64,000 bases of DNA from Vicugna vicugna (taxonomy: Eukaryota), in contig MU057597.1 in the NCBI GenBank assembly GCA_013265495.1, forward strand, positions 684,207-748,206, read 5' to 3'. Position 1 is the first letter of the stretch; each line of letters begins with the position of its first letter. The translations under genes were made by a program, and so were the position numbers. The notes beneath the pieces are model-generated. The model was given only the letters and a program-made list of their open reading frames with translations. It did not search any database and was not told where the DNA came from. Positions 50,801-64,000 of the stretch are shown here, in pieces.

Positions 50801-52114
50801 TCCCATTTTCAGTTCTTTTGGGCGTACACCCAGAAGTGGAATTGTGGACCATATGGTAATTCTATTTTTAATCTGTTGAGGAACCAGCACACTTATCCAC
50901 AGCAGCTGCACCATTTTACGTTCCTGCTAACAGTGCACGAGGCTTCAGCAGCAGCATTTGAACAGGAGGCGCACAGAGGTCCAGAGCAGTAAATGGCTTG
51001 TTCAAAGGCCCAGGGGTGGTGGAGGGGCCGAGACTATGATCATAGTTTCCTGGCTGTTTGAATGTTTACCCTTAACCAAAATGCTAAACCTGGACTTTGG
51101 AGTATCAGGGGTGGAAGCCCCTGATGGAAACTTGTGTTGCCTGGGTCCACCTCACCCTGCAGAGCCGTGCAGTGAGGAGACATTACAAGCCCAAAGGATA
51201 GGAAACAGAGTCCTGTCATTTCTGATTCAGAATGAAGGTTAGTCCTCGCTCCCTCCAGGTAACTGGGAGGCCACTCTGGTCTGAAGCTTTCACTGAGCCA
51301 GGCTAGAGTCTGTCTCTCTCTACAAATACCATCCCATTCTGCCTGAACTCAGACATCTGATTGCAATGAAACGGAAGATTCCAGTTTTCAGAATCCTTGG
51401 CATAGAACTGTGTCGAGTCTGAGGACTCTATTAGCCAAGCCCTTTACAGAGTCACTTCACACATATTAAGGAAGAGAGAGATAATGATAATAATTTCTCC
51501 TGTTATATGGAGGGGATGAGGGTAAAGAGCTGTATGGAGCTTGTACAAAATCAGAAAGGCTGACACGCAGCAGAGATGGATTTGAACCAGCAGAGCTGGG
51601 TGATTTCAGTTCATGCCACATGACAGAGTCATTCCACTCCTGAGTATTTATCCAGAAAAAATGAAAGTGCTAATTGGAAAAGATCCACGCATCCCAGTAT
51701 TCACAGGAGCGTTATTTACAATAGCCAAGACACAGAAGCAACCTGATTGTCCATCAGCAGATGAATGGATAAAGAAGATGTGGTACACATATTCAGCCAT
51801 AAAGAAGAATAAAAATTCTGCTTTCTGCAACATGGATGGACTTGGAGGTTATTATGCTAAGTGAAATAAGTCAGATAGAGGATGACAAATAGTGTTTGAA
51901 CTCACTTACATGTGAAATCCAAAAAATAAAATGTACTAGTGACTATAACAGAAAAGAAACAGACTCATAGATACAGAGAACAAACCAGTGGGTTACCTGT
52001 AGGGAGAGGGACGGGGGGCAGGGCAAGATAGAGGAGTGTGGGGTTAAGAGGCACAAACCACTATGTATGCAGTCAGTCAGCTACAAGGGCACATTGTACA
52101 ACACGTGGAGCAGA

Positions 52115-52360
52115 GCAGCAGATTGTAGCCTCCTGGACCACATCTGGGAAGCTGTGCCAGTAGGTTCGTCAATTTGGTCCGAATCCAGACCACAGAGGAG
52201 AGTCTGTGAGTCACATGACTCCTCTGAACACCCTAGACCAGTGGCCTTGGGTGTGGTCAGCATCCAGGTGTGTGCACCCTGGCTGGTGGAGAGGCCATGT
52301 ACGTAGCTGGACTGGCAATTGTCATCTGCTTCTTGGTGGCCTCCCAGTCTTCTGTGTTGC
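52115..52360 (+). pseudogene. Degenerate partial copy of the SLC7A3-like first coding exon
   Basis: GTGGCCTTGGGTGTGG and GCTGGACTGGCAATTGTCATCTGCTTCTTGGTGGCC match 52546-52670, with indels and no ATG. Confidence 0.8.
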
Positions 52361-52431
52361 GAATGGATATTTTTTTATGACTTTCTGTCTTGTTTTCTCA
52401 GCAGATCAGAGCCTCCTAAACTCCATCTAGG

Positions 52432-52804
52432 ATGCGGTGTCAGGATGTTCTCCAATTTTGTCAGAAGCTGGTCCGCAGGCGGCCCCTGAAGCCCAGGGAG
52501 GGGTCTGAGAGTCGCCTGGCTCGTTGTCTGAATGCCCTGGACCTGGTGGCCTTGGGTGTGGGCAACACCCTGGGGGCTGGCGTGTACATCCTGGCTGGAG
52601 AGGTGGCCAAGGACAAAGCTGGACCGGCAATCGTCATCTGCTTCCTGGTGGCCGCCCTGTCTTCTGTGCTGTCCGGGCTCTGCTATGCGGAGTTTGGGGC
52701 CCGGGTACCATGTTCTGGCTCTGCGTACCTCTACAGCTACGTCACAGTGGGAGAACTGTGTGCCTTCATCACTGGCTGGAACCTCATACTGTCCTATGTC
52801 ATTG
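52432..52804 (+). CDS. SLC7A3-like coding exon 1
   Basis: MRCQDVLQF...[10 protein letters not shown], followed by a GTGAGA donor. Confidence 0.92.
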
Positions 52805-55800
52805 GTGAGATGATGGGGTGGGGAAGGTGTGGGGCTTAAGATCAGGAAACTCGGAGGGAGTGTTGGAGGCTTGAGCCATTCCTGAGCCCTTTGTTATCCA
52901 CTTTGTGGGAGAAGTGAGGAACAGTGGCAGGGAAACCCCCAACTTCATTCTCCTCAGCTCCCCCCAGCTTTTCCTAAGCGATGTGACCAAGGGCCCAGAA
53001 GGAAGGGGAACGCGGGAAGTGGGTGAGAGGGAGACACGTCCACAGGCTCATCGCTCACCGTGTCGAAGGCTTTGCTCAGCTCTTGCCTTCATGGGGTTTT
53101 CCCTTACACCTCGATTTAAAATTTCAGCCCTCCTGGTTCCACTTCCATGTTTTCTCTTTTGCACAACACTGATCTCCTCCTAACGAATTAAACAGCTGAC
53201 CAATTCTGTGGATGATGTGGGTCTTCTCTCCCATGAAGAAGAAACTTTTTGAGATTTGGTATTTTGTCTGTTTTTCCCTCAAAATACATCGCATGGCACA
53301 TAGTAGGGGTTCAATTAATGTTTGTTAATGAATCTTCCATCTTCTTCTGCAGTCACCGCCAGCGTGGCCAGGGCCTGGAGCTCCGCCTTTGACAGCCTGA
53401 TTGGGAACCACGTCTCTCAGGGGTTACAGGGCACTTTCTCCTTGTATATGCCCTACTTCCTGGCCAAGTACCCAGACTTTTTCGCACTGGGCCTGGTGTT
53501 GCTGATGACGGGTGAGACGGGGTCATAGATGGAACGGAAAGTGTGGGGTGTGGAGAGGGAGCCGGGGTGGGGAAGGCTTGGAGAGGCAGAATGGTAGGGA
53601 ATTAGGACAGGGAAGAAGGGTCTGTGGTATGAGAGACAGCAAGGCAACACAGACTGTGGTTCCCGCTCTTGGCACCACTGACCTTCTGGGCTGGATCATT
53701 GTTTGGTGTGGGGGGATGTCCTGTGCATTTTAGTTTAAAAATATCATTATCAGATGTTGAGTACCATCCCTGGTCCTTACTCCCCAGACGTCAGTGACAC
53801 CCACCACACAGAATGTGGCAGCCACGATGTCTCCAGGCCTTGCCAAACTACGGGTGAAGAAAAAAATCACCCACTTCTTAGACTGACAAGTTTCTTCCTC
53901 TGTGCTGAGACCAGAGATTATTCTCAATTGAGATGAAATCACACAACAGAAACTCAACTAGTTTATTAATTTCTCCAGCTTTATTGAGATATAATTGACA
54001 TATAATTATGTACAATTTCAGGTGTGCAAATTCATGGTTTGACTGATGCGTTTATTGTGAGGTGATTGCCACAGTAAGAAACTGATCATCGTACTGTGCA
54101 ATCAATGGCACTTAGCACACTCACAATGCTGTGCAACCCTCACCTCCAGCTAGTTCTAAACATTTCTCCACCCCAAAAGGAAAACCCACACCCACTGGGC
54201 AGTCACTGTCCGCGGTTTCCACTTCTGCCACCGCCCTGCCCCTGACCACCACTAGTCTCTATGCATTTAGTTATTTTGGAAGTTTCATGTCCCATCTTTC
54301 CCGCAGGAGTGCTGGTTCTGGGAGCTCGAGAGTCGGTCCTGGTTACCAAAGTGTTCACAGGCCTGAACCTTTTGGTTCTCGGCTTCATCATCCTCTCTGG
54401 CTTCATTAAGGGAGACCTGCACAACTGGCAGCTCACGGAACAGGACTATAACTTGACAACATCTGGGCCCAACGACACCTATAGGTTAGGAGGGTGCTCC
54501 TGGCCAGGGCAATGCGTGGTGAGGGCGTGGTTACTGTGCAGAACTGGAGACATGGTGGGGACTAAACAGATCCGGGCTGGTGGGTCCAGATGATGGGGCT
54601 CCTGGAGCTCAGGAGTCATGGTGTCAGCTGAGGAGTCCGGCAGAGATCACCGAACACACCTCACCCACGTTCTTCTCTTTCCTCCCCTGACCGCAGCTTG
54701 GACCCTCTGGGTTCTGGAGGGTTTGTGCCTTTTGGCTTTGATGGGATTCTCCGAGGAGCAGCTACCTGTTTCTATGGGTTTATTGGTTTTGATGTCATCG
54801 CCACTGCAGGTAACACGGTCACTGTCCCCTCAGGGGTTTGGCTATAGATTGGGCTGCTCTTGTGCATAAGAGTTTCTAGGAGGTTGCTCTGCTTTTGGAG
54901 GCTCAAGAGGGAAGGGGATTGTGTGCTTTCCCCTCAAGGTGTTTCCTGACCCAGTGCTTCTCCCCCCCCATCCTGCAGGGGAGGAAGCCCGGAATCCGCA
55001 GCGCTCCATCCCCTTGGGCATCCTGACCTCGCTCTTCATCTGCTTTTTGGCGTATTTTGGCGTCTCAGCGTCACTCACCCTCATGGTGCCGTACTACCAC
55101 ATTGACCCTGAGAGCCCCTTGCCACAGGCTCTTCTCCACGTTGGGTGGGCTCCTGCCGGCCATGTGGTGGCTGTTGGCACCCTCTGTGCGCTGACATCTA
55201 GGTCAGTGTCAAAGCTTTCTCCCCATCTGCTGTCAGGTGCCCAGGTGTCCCAGCCTTTTGGATTGAGAGACAAGAGGGAAGACTCCTCACACCATGTAGA
55301 CTATGGCACAGAAGCCCTGATCTGTCCTATTTCTCCACGTCCTCACACATGCTTCCACTTTGTCTCCCAGCCTCCTGGGTAACATGTTCGCCATGTCTCG
55401 AGTGACTTACGCGATGGCAGATGACGGACTCCTTTTCCGGAGACTCGCCCGGGTCCACACCCGCACACATACCCCCATCGTGGCCACTTTGGCTTCTGGA
55501 AACCTTGCAGGTGACTAAACAAAACCCACTCCTTTGATCACTTCCCTTAACTTGGACATTTCAGTGGTTTCTGACCCCCTCCCGCACCTCATCTGTGCCT
55601 CCTTCTAGCGATCATGGCGTTACTCTTCGAGTTCAGTGATCTTGTGGACGTCATGTCAATTGGGACCCTGTTTGCTTACTCGCTGGTGGTTATTTCTGTC
55701 CTTGTCCTCAGGTGAGAGTCCACCGCACGCTGACTGGGGGTCTTGCCCTTGTGGGGATGGATGGGGAGGCAATCCCCGTCTACACGCATGCTGCCTTCTA

Positions 55801-57092
55801 AATGTCCCGCTGTGCGTACGGCAGGACCGAGGTGGGTTAGACTGTGTGTATTGGGTGAGCAGGGGCTGCTGTTAATATTGCCTTAACACCTCTAATTCAG
55901 GTACCAGCCAGACCAGCATTTACAGACGAACGAGAGCACAGAGGACAAAACTGAGGTTTCTGAACCTGAAGCAGGTCCTTTGGATTCTGCACCTGAAGCA
56001 CGAGACTCAGAGACTCTCAGGACCCTGTGTGACCCTATGAACAGCACCCCCACTCTGACATCTGGCCGGATTGTCTATGGATGCACCTTACTGATGGGTG
56101 AGCAGTGGGATGGCTCTTTGGTGCTGTTCAGAAATTGAGAGAATGGGGTGGGAGTGTGACCTTGGTGGGTGTTGAGGATTCTTGGAGATAATATGAGCTT
56201 CCTGATGTGGGCAGTCTGGGGAGGGGTGTGACTCAAGGACTTGACACACTGGCTTCTGGACTTGACCCTGTTCTCCTCCAACTGGACCCTGCAGTTCTCC
56301 TGCTGACGGCCCTGAGCCTGGTGCTGGCCCAGTGGCCCCACCGTGTGTTCTCTGGAGACCCCGTCTGCACAACGGTGGCTGTGCTGCTGCTGGTGCTCAT
56401 CGCCGGGGTCACTGTCACCATCTGGAGGCAGCCCCAGAGCCCCACTCCTCTTCCCTTCAAGGTGGGTGACCTTAAGTACCGAAACTATCCACCTTCAGTG
56501 AAGGGAGTCTGCATGCTTTGCAATCTAAACATTTGTTGCTGGACCAGGGAAGGAGGGGAGTTGCCATAACCAGTGGCCCTTCCCTGGTCCACTCTCAGCG
56601 CTTTACACACCCAACCTGGGGAGGCGCTGGCTGCACAGTGTGAACAGGCCTGGCATCTCCCCTCCCCCCGCGTGGGGGCGGGGCCTGCCTTCGGGAGGTC
56701 TGCTGTGCCCTCAGGGTAGCTGCCTTCGCCCGCAGGTGCCTGCTCTGCCTGTCCTCCCACTGCTGAGCATCTTCGTGAATGTCCACTTGATGATGCAGAT
56801 GACCACTCGGACCTGGGCCCAGTTTGGCATCTGGAATGCCATTGGTAAGTGAGTTTCTGGGGAAGAGAGGCCTCTGGAGTGACTGGACCCAACCTTCTTC
56901 CCACTACCTCTCCCCAGAGCTGTAAGATGTCATAATAGGCGGCCTATTGGGCATCTGTAAGTGGGGAGACTGCCTACTTTTCCTTCTCATTGTCTCGTTG
57001 CCCTACTAGGATTTGTCGTATACTTTGGATATGGGATCCGACACAGCTTGGCGGGGAACACTGATCCACAGCCTCCGGCCTCCGACTCCTAA
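52432..57092 (+). CDS. Cationic amino acid transporter 3-like (SLC7A3-like paralog), 11 coding exons, 1845 nt / 614 aa
   Basis: join(52432..52804,53353..53511,54307..54484,54697..54809,54979..55201,55371..55510,55609..55711,55901..56097,56295..56461,56736..56844,57010..57092). All introns are GT-AG and the frame is open. CAT motifs present: [49 protein letters not shown]. Confidence 0.92.
53353..53511 (+). CDS. SLC7A3-like coding exon 2
   Basis: [17 protein letters not shown]...[13 protein letters not shown]. Confidence 0.9.
54307..54484 (+). CDS. SLC7A3-like coding exon 3
   Basis: VLVLGARES...[12 protein letters not shown]. Confidence 0.9.
54697..54809 (+). CDS. SLC7A3-like coding exon 4
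   Basis: [31 protein letters not shown]. Confidence 0.9.
54979..55201 (+). CDS. SLC7A3-like coding exon 5
   Basis: [14 protein letters not shown]...VGTLCALTS. Confidence 0.9.
55371..55510 (+). CDS. SLC7A3-like coding exon 6
   Basis: [22 protein letters not shown]...[13 protein letters not shown]. Confidence 0.9.
55609..55711 (+). CDS. SLC7A3-like coding exon 7
   Basis: [33 protein letters not shown]. Confidence 0.9.
55901..56097 (+). CDS. SLC7A3-like coding exon 8
   Basis: YQPDQ...[16 protein letters not shown]. Confidence 0.85.
56295..56461 (+). CDS. SLC7A3-like coding exon 9
   Basis: [13 protein letters not shown]...[14 protein letters not shown]. Confidence 0.9.
56736..56844 (+). CDS. 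SLC7A3-like coding exon 10
   Basis: [33 protein letters not shown]. Confidence 0.9.
57010..57092 (+). CDS. SLC7A3-like terminal coding exon
   Basis: [26 protein letters not shown]. Confidence 0.88.
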
Positions 57093-59659
57093 TCTCTTGA
57101 CAAATCATCCCTAGTGATGAATCTTCTTAAGCACAGGAGGCGGATGCTGTGTGGAACCCTCCGTGCACAGGAGGCACCTGCTAGGTCGTGGACACTTTGA
57201 GCCTCTGCGGAGAGTGAAGATGGGATGCATTTAGAGCCCGATAGTCACCGCCAGTAGGGGCAATGACTTTAATCTTTATAATTTTAAGTAAACTATAAAA
57301 AGCATAATATATGCACTTAAAAGTGCAGCCTTCATAAATGTCCAGCAAGATGAATTTTCAAAAAGAAAGTACAGCAATGTAACCTGTAACCAGAGGAAGA
57401 AATAAAATATTGACCTTCACATAAGAAGCGCCTCCTTGTGCCTCTTTCCAGCAAAACAAAAAACAAACACAAAACAAAACAAAACCCAGAGTTTGCACGT
57501 GGGAAGAAAACACAGGTAACTATATATGGTGGGAAGAGTTACACTTTAAATATAAGAACACAAATAGGTTGGAAGTAAAAGCGAGGGAAGAGAAACTTTG
57601 TGTAAACAAAACCCGAGAAAGCTAAGGTAGCTATAGTAATAAGAGGGAGATAAGCCTTTAAGACAAAGACAGTAAGAACAGAGAAAGTGGATCGTTTTAT
57701 AATGATAAAAGAAAATGATCTATTTTATCTCTTCCCCTAGCTTTATTAAGATAAATTGTAACATTGTATAAATGATCATTTTTCTTTACTTTTATGTTGC
57801 AGAATCATAGTTACACAATGGAGTTGATGAGGGTAAGTTTTTTTCTTTTTCTTTTTGTATGCTTTGCCGATTACAGGGAAAATTTTTTTTTAAATTTTTA
57901 TTGTAGAGGGAAAGATCTTAGTTGAAAAAAACTACCTGCATTACCAGAAGCTGAGGGAAGAGGTGAGAAGTAAGAGTTGGCTGATAAATGGTTATAGTGG
58001 GTGAAAGTAAAAGATAGACAATTAAACCGGAAAGAGAAGATAAAAAGGTGTTGCTGCAGAACAGAATGCTTGAAATGAAGATTATGGACAGTGCAGACAG
58101 TGGTAATAATGAAGTAGAGGACTGTCTGTGGGAATGAACAACTGAAGTAGAGAGAAGGAGGGATGGAGGTCAAGAAACTGAGCAGCGAATTTATTACATG
58201 AATTAAAACATAAATGGAGGAGGATTAACAGAATTAGGAAAATCCCTCTCTTGCAGTTCTAATGAAATCACAGGCTTAAGAAATAACTAACGGAGAATAA
58301 AACTGTCAGGTGAAACTCTGATGGAAAGGGTTGATTATCATTCTAGCTTGCTGCTGTAGGACCACCAGATTATCGCAACGTGCTGTAGTAGGCAGTGGAG
58401 AACCTTACCCATAAAACAGCCTTGGTGAAAAAATGAACCACAATGTAATCAAGCCTCTAGATCAACCACGAGCTCACAGCAGACCCAAGGGATAGGTTCA
58501 CGTTTCCACTGAAAACACAATCAGCCAGAATCAGAAGGGGGGCAAGTTTCCAGGAAAGAAAAATGGTGCACTTTCTGTAACAATGAAACACTGTGACCCA
58601 TTCTGGAGAGTTAATAGAGGCACATCTTGGAGAAATTGATGATTTGGTTCCCGACGGCCACAATCAGGAGAATTTTGTGATAAAAGGAGTCACACAAGTA
58701 TCTGGTTTCCAAGTGCATGTATAAAATTATGTTCATTCTAGACTGTAGTCTCTTCAGTGTGCAATAGCATTCAATTTAGTAAAACAGTGCACATACCTTG
58801 TTTTAAAATAATGTATTGGTAAAAGATCCTAAGTATCATCTGACAACTCAGGGTTGCCACACCTTCATTTTGTAAAAAAAGAAAAAAAAATGCAGTGTCT
58901 GCAAAGCCCAATACAGTGACGTATGGCTGTACATGTGTGTGTATCTTTACATATGAAAATACATATGTATAACTAATATGCATAAAATATGCATCTATAT
59001 AAAGTATATGTATTACAATATATATTTAAGGTTCATTGTTTATTTGAAATTCACTATGTATACATGTGTGTGGTTTCTTTTACTTTTTTTATTGAGTTAT
59101 AGTCATTTTACAATGTTGTGTCAAATTCCAGTGTAGAGCACAATTTTTCAGCTATACATGAACATACATATATTCATTGTCACATTTTTGTATTTTTTTT
59201 ACTAAATCTTTGACTCCTTCCTGTGTCTGTATGCTCTCTGCATTCTAATCTCCTCTTCTTATAAGGACATTAGCTGTTTGTGGTAGGGCCCACCCTCATG
59301 AACTCATTTAAGCGTAATTACCTCTTTAAACCAATTACCAATTAAGTCACATTCTGAGGTCCTGGGGGTTAGGGTTGCAATTTATGGATTTGAGAGCAGG
59401 GAGATACATTCAGCCCGTTAGCAGTCTTGACCACCATTTGCTTCCCAGCAGCTAAACTGTGTCTGGAATACAGTAAATGCTCAATTCTACTCCAGGAGAG
59501 ATATAATGAAAGACTCACATGTACGTGTCAAGTTTTACATGACTCGAGATGGAGAGCTTTTCATTTACCTGAAATTATCAAAGGGAGAACACGGTATTTG
59601 TTTGGGGAAAAAATTTGTTAAACTACTTGGAATTGAAAATGAGACAAAGGAAAGAAATA

Positions 59660-62600
59660 GGGGAGGAAAGACAGATAAAACAAGAAAAACAGGATGAAGA
59701 GAGACAACGGGAAAGACAGAAATAGAGCGAATCAGGGACCAGAAAGAGATGACAAGCAAGCCAGTTTTGAACACTGAGGGGTGCTTTGAGATTGTTGGTA
59801 AGAATGGAGCTCTGCTGGTCCCCAGATGTCACCGTTATTTCAGATACTAGGTCACACCCCACATGGAAAGGTGAGGAGTCCTTTTCCCTCCCCAATTCTT
59901 CTTACCCAATAAGGTCTCAAGAAATAGAAGGGCCAGGCCTCAGGGACCCAGAAAACCCAACCCACTTTGAAAGTTCTAATTATTCTTAAGGGACTGATTA
60001 ACTCAACATCCCTTATTTGCTGTTTTTTTGTTTGTTTTTAAAGAGGGAGGAAATAAGCTTTATTCATTTTATTTATTTTTAGAGGAGGTTCTGGGGATTG
60101 AACCACTGAGATATACCCTCACCCTTCAACTTCCCTTAAACTTTGCTCAGGGGAACTTGTTTATGGGTAAAGCTTTTGTAAAAATTTCTTTTTCTTTTCT
60201 TGCTTACTTTTCCCCATGAGTGGAAAATGAGCAGACTGGACGCAGTTCATTTTCTGTCCTTCCTCTTCCTCTTCAGCACAGCAGCACAGGTCGACCCCAA
60301 CGGACTCGTGCAGCTGAGGACTATTCATTCCTCGGTGTCCCCAAGGTTTAGCCCTGCAATAATCACCACAATGAGGGTCATTTATTAAACTTCTGCTGTA
60401 ATGGGTTATGTCACTTTTTTTTTTTTACTGTCATGATCCACCTACCTTTCCTGACAAGGTCTCAATCATCACTTGGGTGAATTTTCTCTGGCCAACAAGT
60501 GAGAGACTCTTGGTTGCCTCTGCCCTTCCCTTTTTCTTCCAGGACTTTCCATTTTAGCAAAGGCTGGAGGGAGGAACAGCACCAAGGAAAGAGAAGGTGA
60601 AGGGAAGAGCAAAAAGTGGATGAATATCTAAACAATGCAGGCAAGAATCTCACAATTTTCTTTTCAGTCTTGTGAACAAGTGGGAGGAGCTATCTACACC
60701 AAAGGATTTTAATGGCAAAGGCAGCTGGACTCCAAGAGATGCTTGTATGCCAGTGTGCAGAGCAGCATTACTCACAGCGGTCAAAAGTGGAAGCAATTCA
60801 AATGTGCATCAAGTAATGAACAGATGAACAGAAGCTGTTGTGTAATAGTGTGTGTGTGTGTGTGTGTGTGTGTATAATATTAAGTCTTAAAAAGGAAGGA
60901 AATTCTGACACAGGCTACCACATGGATGAACCTGAAGGACATTATGCTCAGTGAGATAAGCCAGTCACAAAAGGGCCAACACTGTAGGATTCCGCTTATG
61001 GAAAGTACTGAGAGTGATCAGATTCACAGAGCCAGGAGGTAGGGTGGTGGCTGCTAAGAACTGGGGGGTGGGAGTTACTGTTCACTGGGTTTGGAGTGGG
61101 AGTTTTGCAAGATGAAAAGAGTTCTAGGCATGGACGGTGGTGATAGTTGCACAGTAACGTAAATGCAATTCCTGCTGCTGAACTGTGTGCCTGAAGTCGC
61201 TAAGATGGTACATTTTATGTGTATATTTTACACAATAAAAATGAAACAAAATGAAAATGAAGACTAGAGAAGGAACAAATGTTACGTACATGTATGACTG
61301 CAACATGATGCTGTACATCAGAAATCGGCACATTGTCAACTGACTGTACCTCAACTAAAAAAAATTAAATAACTCTGAAATTTAAAAACTGAAAATTGAA
61401 AATTAAAACAAGAAGAAAAAGGCAGTTGCAGATCTGCGTGCAGAGCAGAAGACCCTAGATACTCAGATGCCCAGCTGCACTGAGAGGTAACATGCAATGA
61501 TGGAAAGTCCTGGTGAAACAGGGGGCTGGGGGGAGAATCAGGAATAAATGAATGTGAGCAGAATACACTCCAAGGTTTTCCTTCACAAACTGTCTCAGAG
61601 TGAGTGGTTTACACTCAACAGGTGAAACTTGCACGTCATCACAGTTCTTCTACATCTTTGGTCCGTTGCCCTGAGCTGGCAATAGTTATCAGCGCCTTGG
61701 GGACAGAATTCTGAGTCTTTACTATGACCCAGTACAGCTTCAGTCACGTGGGAAAACTCAACAAATACTGGTTAGGTGATTGAATCTATACACAAGACTT
61801 CTATAAAGGAAGCTGGGGAAGACTGCATCCTGGACTTGCTTAAAAATGATAAAATTCTGTTTCTCATTTACAGCTGTGAGATCTGAAGCTTAGACACAGA
61901 CTAAATGGGTTGCCCAGCAGAGAAAGGGATGATCCAAGCACTGAAACCCCAGGACCAGAGCCCTTAGCTCTAAATGTCTGACCCTCCCCTTCATTCCTTT
62001 TTATCTTCTGCTCCCTCCCCCAGTGCCCAACAGCCAAGAAATCCCCTGAAGGATTATTGGCTTGGATGAAGAGCTTGGATTTATTTTTCCCTCAAGATTC
62101 CTTCTAGTGGTTGAAATTAAAAATTGCATGTGAAAGACTTAAGTCTGTGCACCAAGCTAAAGACAGTTTTTGCTTGCTTCATCACAGATTGAATGCTGCC
62201 TCTGGTCTAGGGTTGCCAGATGAAATGCCAGATGGCAAGATAAATTTGGATTTCTGCTGGACAATGAATATACTTTATTTAATTATTTAGTATAAGTATG
62301 TCACATGTAAGTTGGGACAAAATTGCATCATGGGACTTGGTTAGGTAAAGTGCCTTTCTTATCATCATATTAGGGGCACATACCATCAACATGATTTATC
62401 ACTTGACACTGATCTTGGTTATCTGGTTGAGGTACAGTGTTTGTCAGGTTTCTCCACTATTAAGTTATTTTTTGGGTCCCCTTTACATACCGTACTCTTT
62501 GGAAGGAAGTCCCTAGTGTACCCCTCACTCAAAGAGTAAGAAGTTATGTTCCACATGGAAGAGGAAGAAATTTTCCTCTACCCTTCTGAGTTCTTCTGGC

Positions 62601-64000
62601 TGGTCTAAGAATTAAATTCACAGACAGATTAACAGGAGAAACTCAAACAGTGTGATAACACGTATACACGGGAGAGATCCAGGAAAACTGGGTAACTTGT
62701 CAAATGGCCCAAACCCTTGCCTTAAATAACATCTTCAGCTAAAGAGAAGGAAAAAGAGTTTAGGGGAGGGCAGTGGTTTGGGACTTCAAAGTGGGGGAAG
62801 GCAATTCACCACACTTAGCTGCTGCCCTCTGCAGACATGTCTGGTGTTAGCTTTATTCTGGGAGTGAGTCCTTTATTTAAGTTCTTTAGGGAAAGGTAAA
62901 AAGAAGGACTTCCTGCGTGTTCTGTTTCTTAAACATAATCAGCCTAAATTAATCCTCTTGCCAAAGAGACACATTTTGGGGCACCTGATGTAGTTGGCTC
63001 CCCTGCAGTCCCTCCTCTGAAACTTCTTCAAGAAGCTTCGCACTCCAGGAGCTGAGTTGGTAGACTGTTTCATTGTACTGAGCCAGTGTCTTGGTGCTGA
63101 CGATGGATCAGTCCAGTTAAATTCATTTCAGAAGGTGGTGAAGCACGCGGGGTCTCAAACTTAGGCCTGTAAGGTGCAAAGAATTAGGTATTTAATAGAA
63201 GACATTTCTATGGAGACAAAAGAAAAACAAAGGTCTATATAAAATTATAGCCCAGTGTCTGAGTCCCGAGAGCTGCATGTTGAGATGATTTCTAGAAGTA
63301 AGGCACAAAGCATCTTTAGATGGAGTGAGGGCAGACAGTGATAATGGACAGATTCAAACCAGATTTTCCTGGCTTGAATGTCTCTGGTGAAGTCATCGGG
63401 TGTTCAGGTCAGCTTTCTGACTGGCTCACATAGAAACAGGCTTGAAGATTGTCTAAACGACAGCTATGATGGTGACCTCTTTTAAGTTTATATCAAGTTG
63501 ATTCACTTCTCTTTGCAGGACTTTAGGAAAAGGGCAGCCTTAGTTTCTCAATGATTCCAAGTCAAAAATAGGGGAAAAACTGGAAATGTTAGTTTGGAGA
63601 CTATAGCCAAATAACTGAGGAAACTGAAACAATTCAGGACCCAGCCCAGTGTATGGGTGGAAAACAAAATCTCAAAAACAATGAGCAGAACTAGAATCTA
63701 ACATCCACAGGTATTATAGTTTCTATTGAAACACAAATTTTTCCTCTGTCTACAATCACTCTCACTTCTACCAAAGGTGGACACATTGAGGCAAATACTG
63801 TAGGATTCCACTTAAATGAAGTAGCTAGAGTGATCAGATTCGTAGAGACAGAAAGTAGAATGATGATTGCCTGGAAATGTGGAGGAGACAGGGGAATTGT
63901 TGTTGAATGCGTACAGACACGAAGCTTTGCAAGATGAAGTAGGTTCTGGGGTTCGGTTGCACAAAATGTGTGTGTTGAACATGACTGAACTGAATACTTA
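59660..64000 (+). repeat. Segmental duplication copy B (runs off the window end)
   Basis: Matches 41580-46440, then jumps at ~63785 to match ~49345 onward. Confidence 0.93.

Overview
Mammalian, not microbial, genomic DNA. It is probably camelid, judging from the abundant tRNA-Ala-derived Vic-1-like SINEs, and corresponds to the eutherian miR-371~373/NLRP12 locus. From left to right it holds: repeat-rich DNA with a U6 retrocopy; a TATA-driven miR-371/373 cluster on the + strand (two clear hairpins, miR-372 apparently decayed); a convergent, intact 10-exon NLRP12 gene on the - strand (1058 codons); two solo ERV LTRs with exact target-site duplications (TSDs); a lone olfactory-receptor pseudogene that has become extremely GC/CpG-rich; and an intact SLC7A3-like cationic amino acid transporter paralog (11 coding exons, 614 aa). 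The transporter sits in a ~18-kb tandem segmental duplication whose second unit begins at ~59.6 kb. The most notable observations are the substrate-site substitutions in the transporter paralog, the GC-remodelled OR pseudogene, the mosaic duplication with filled and empty insertion sites, the remodelled miRNA cluster, and an in-frame strong-Kozak upstream ATG on NLRP12. I see no wholly new gene system. Comparisons with human or other reference sequences are from memory and need alignment to confirm.
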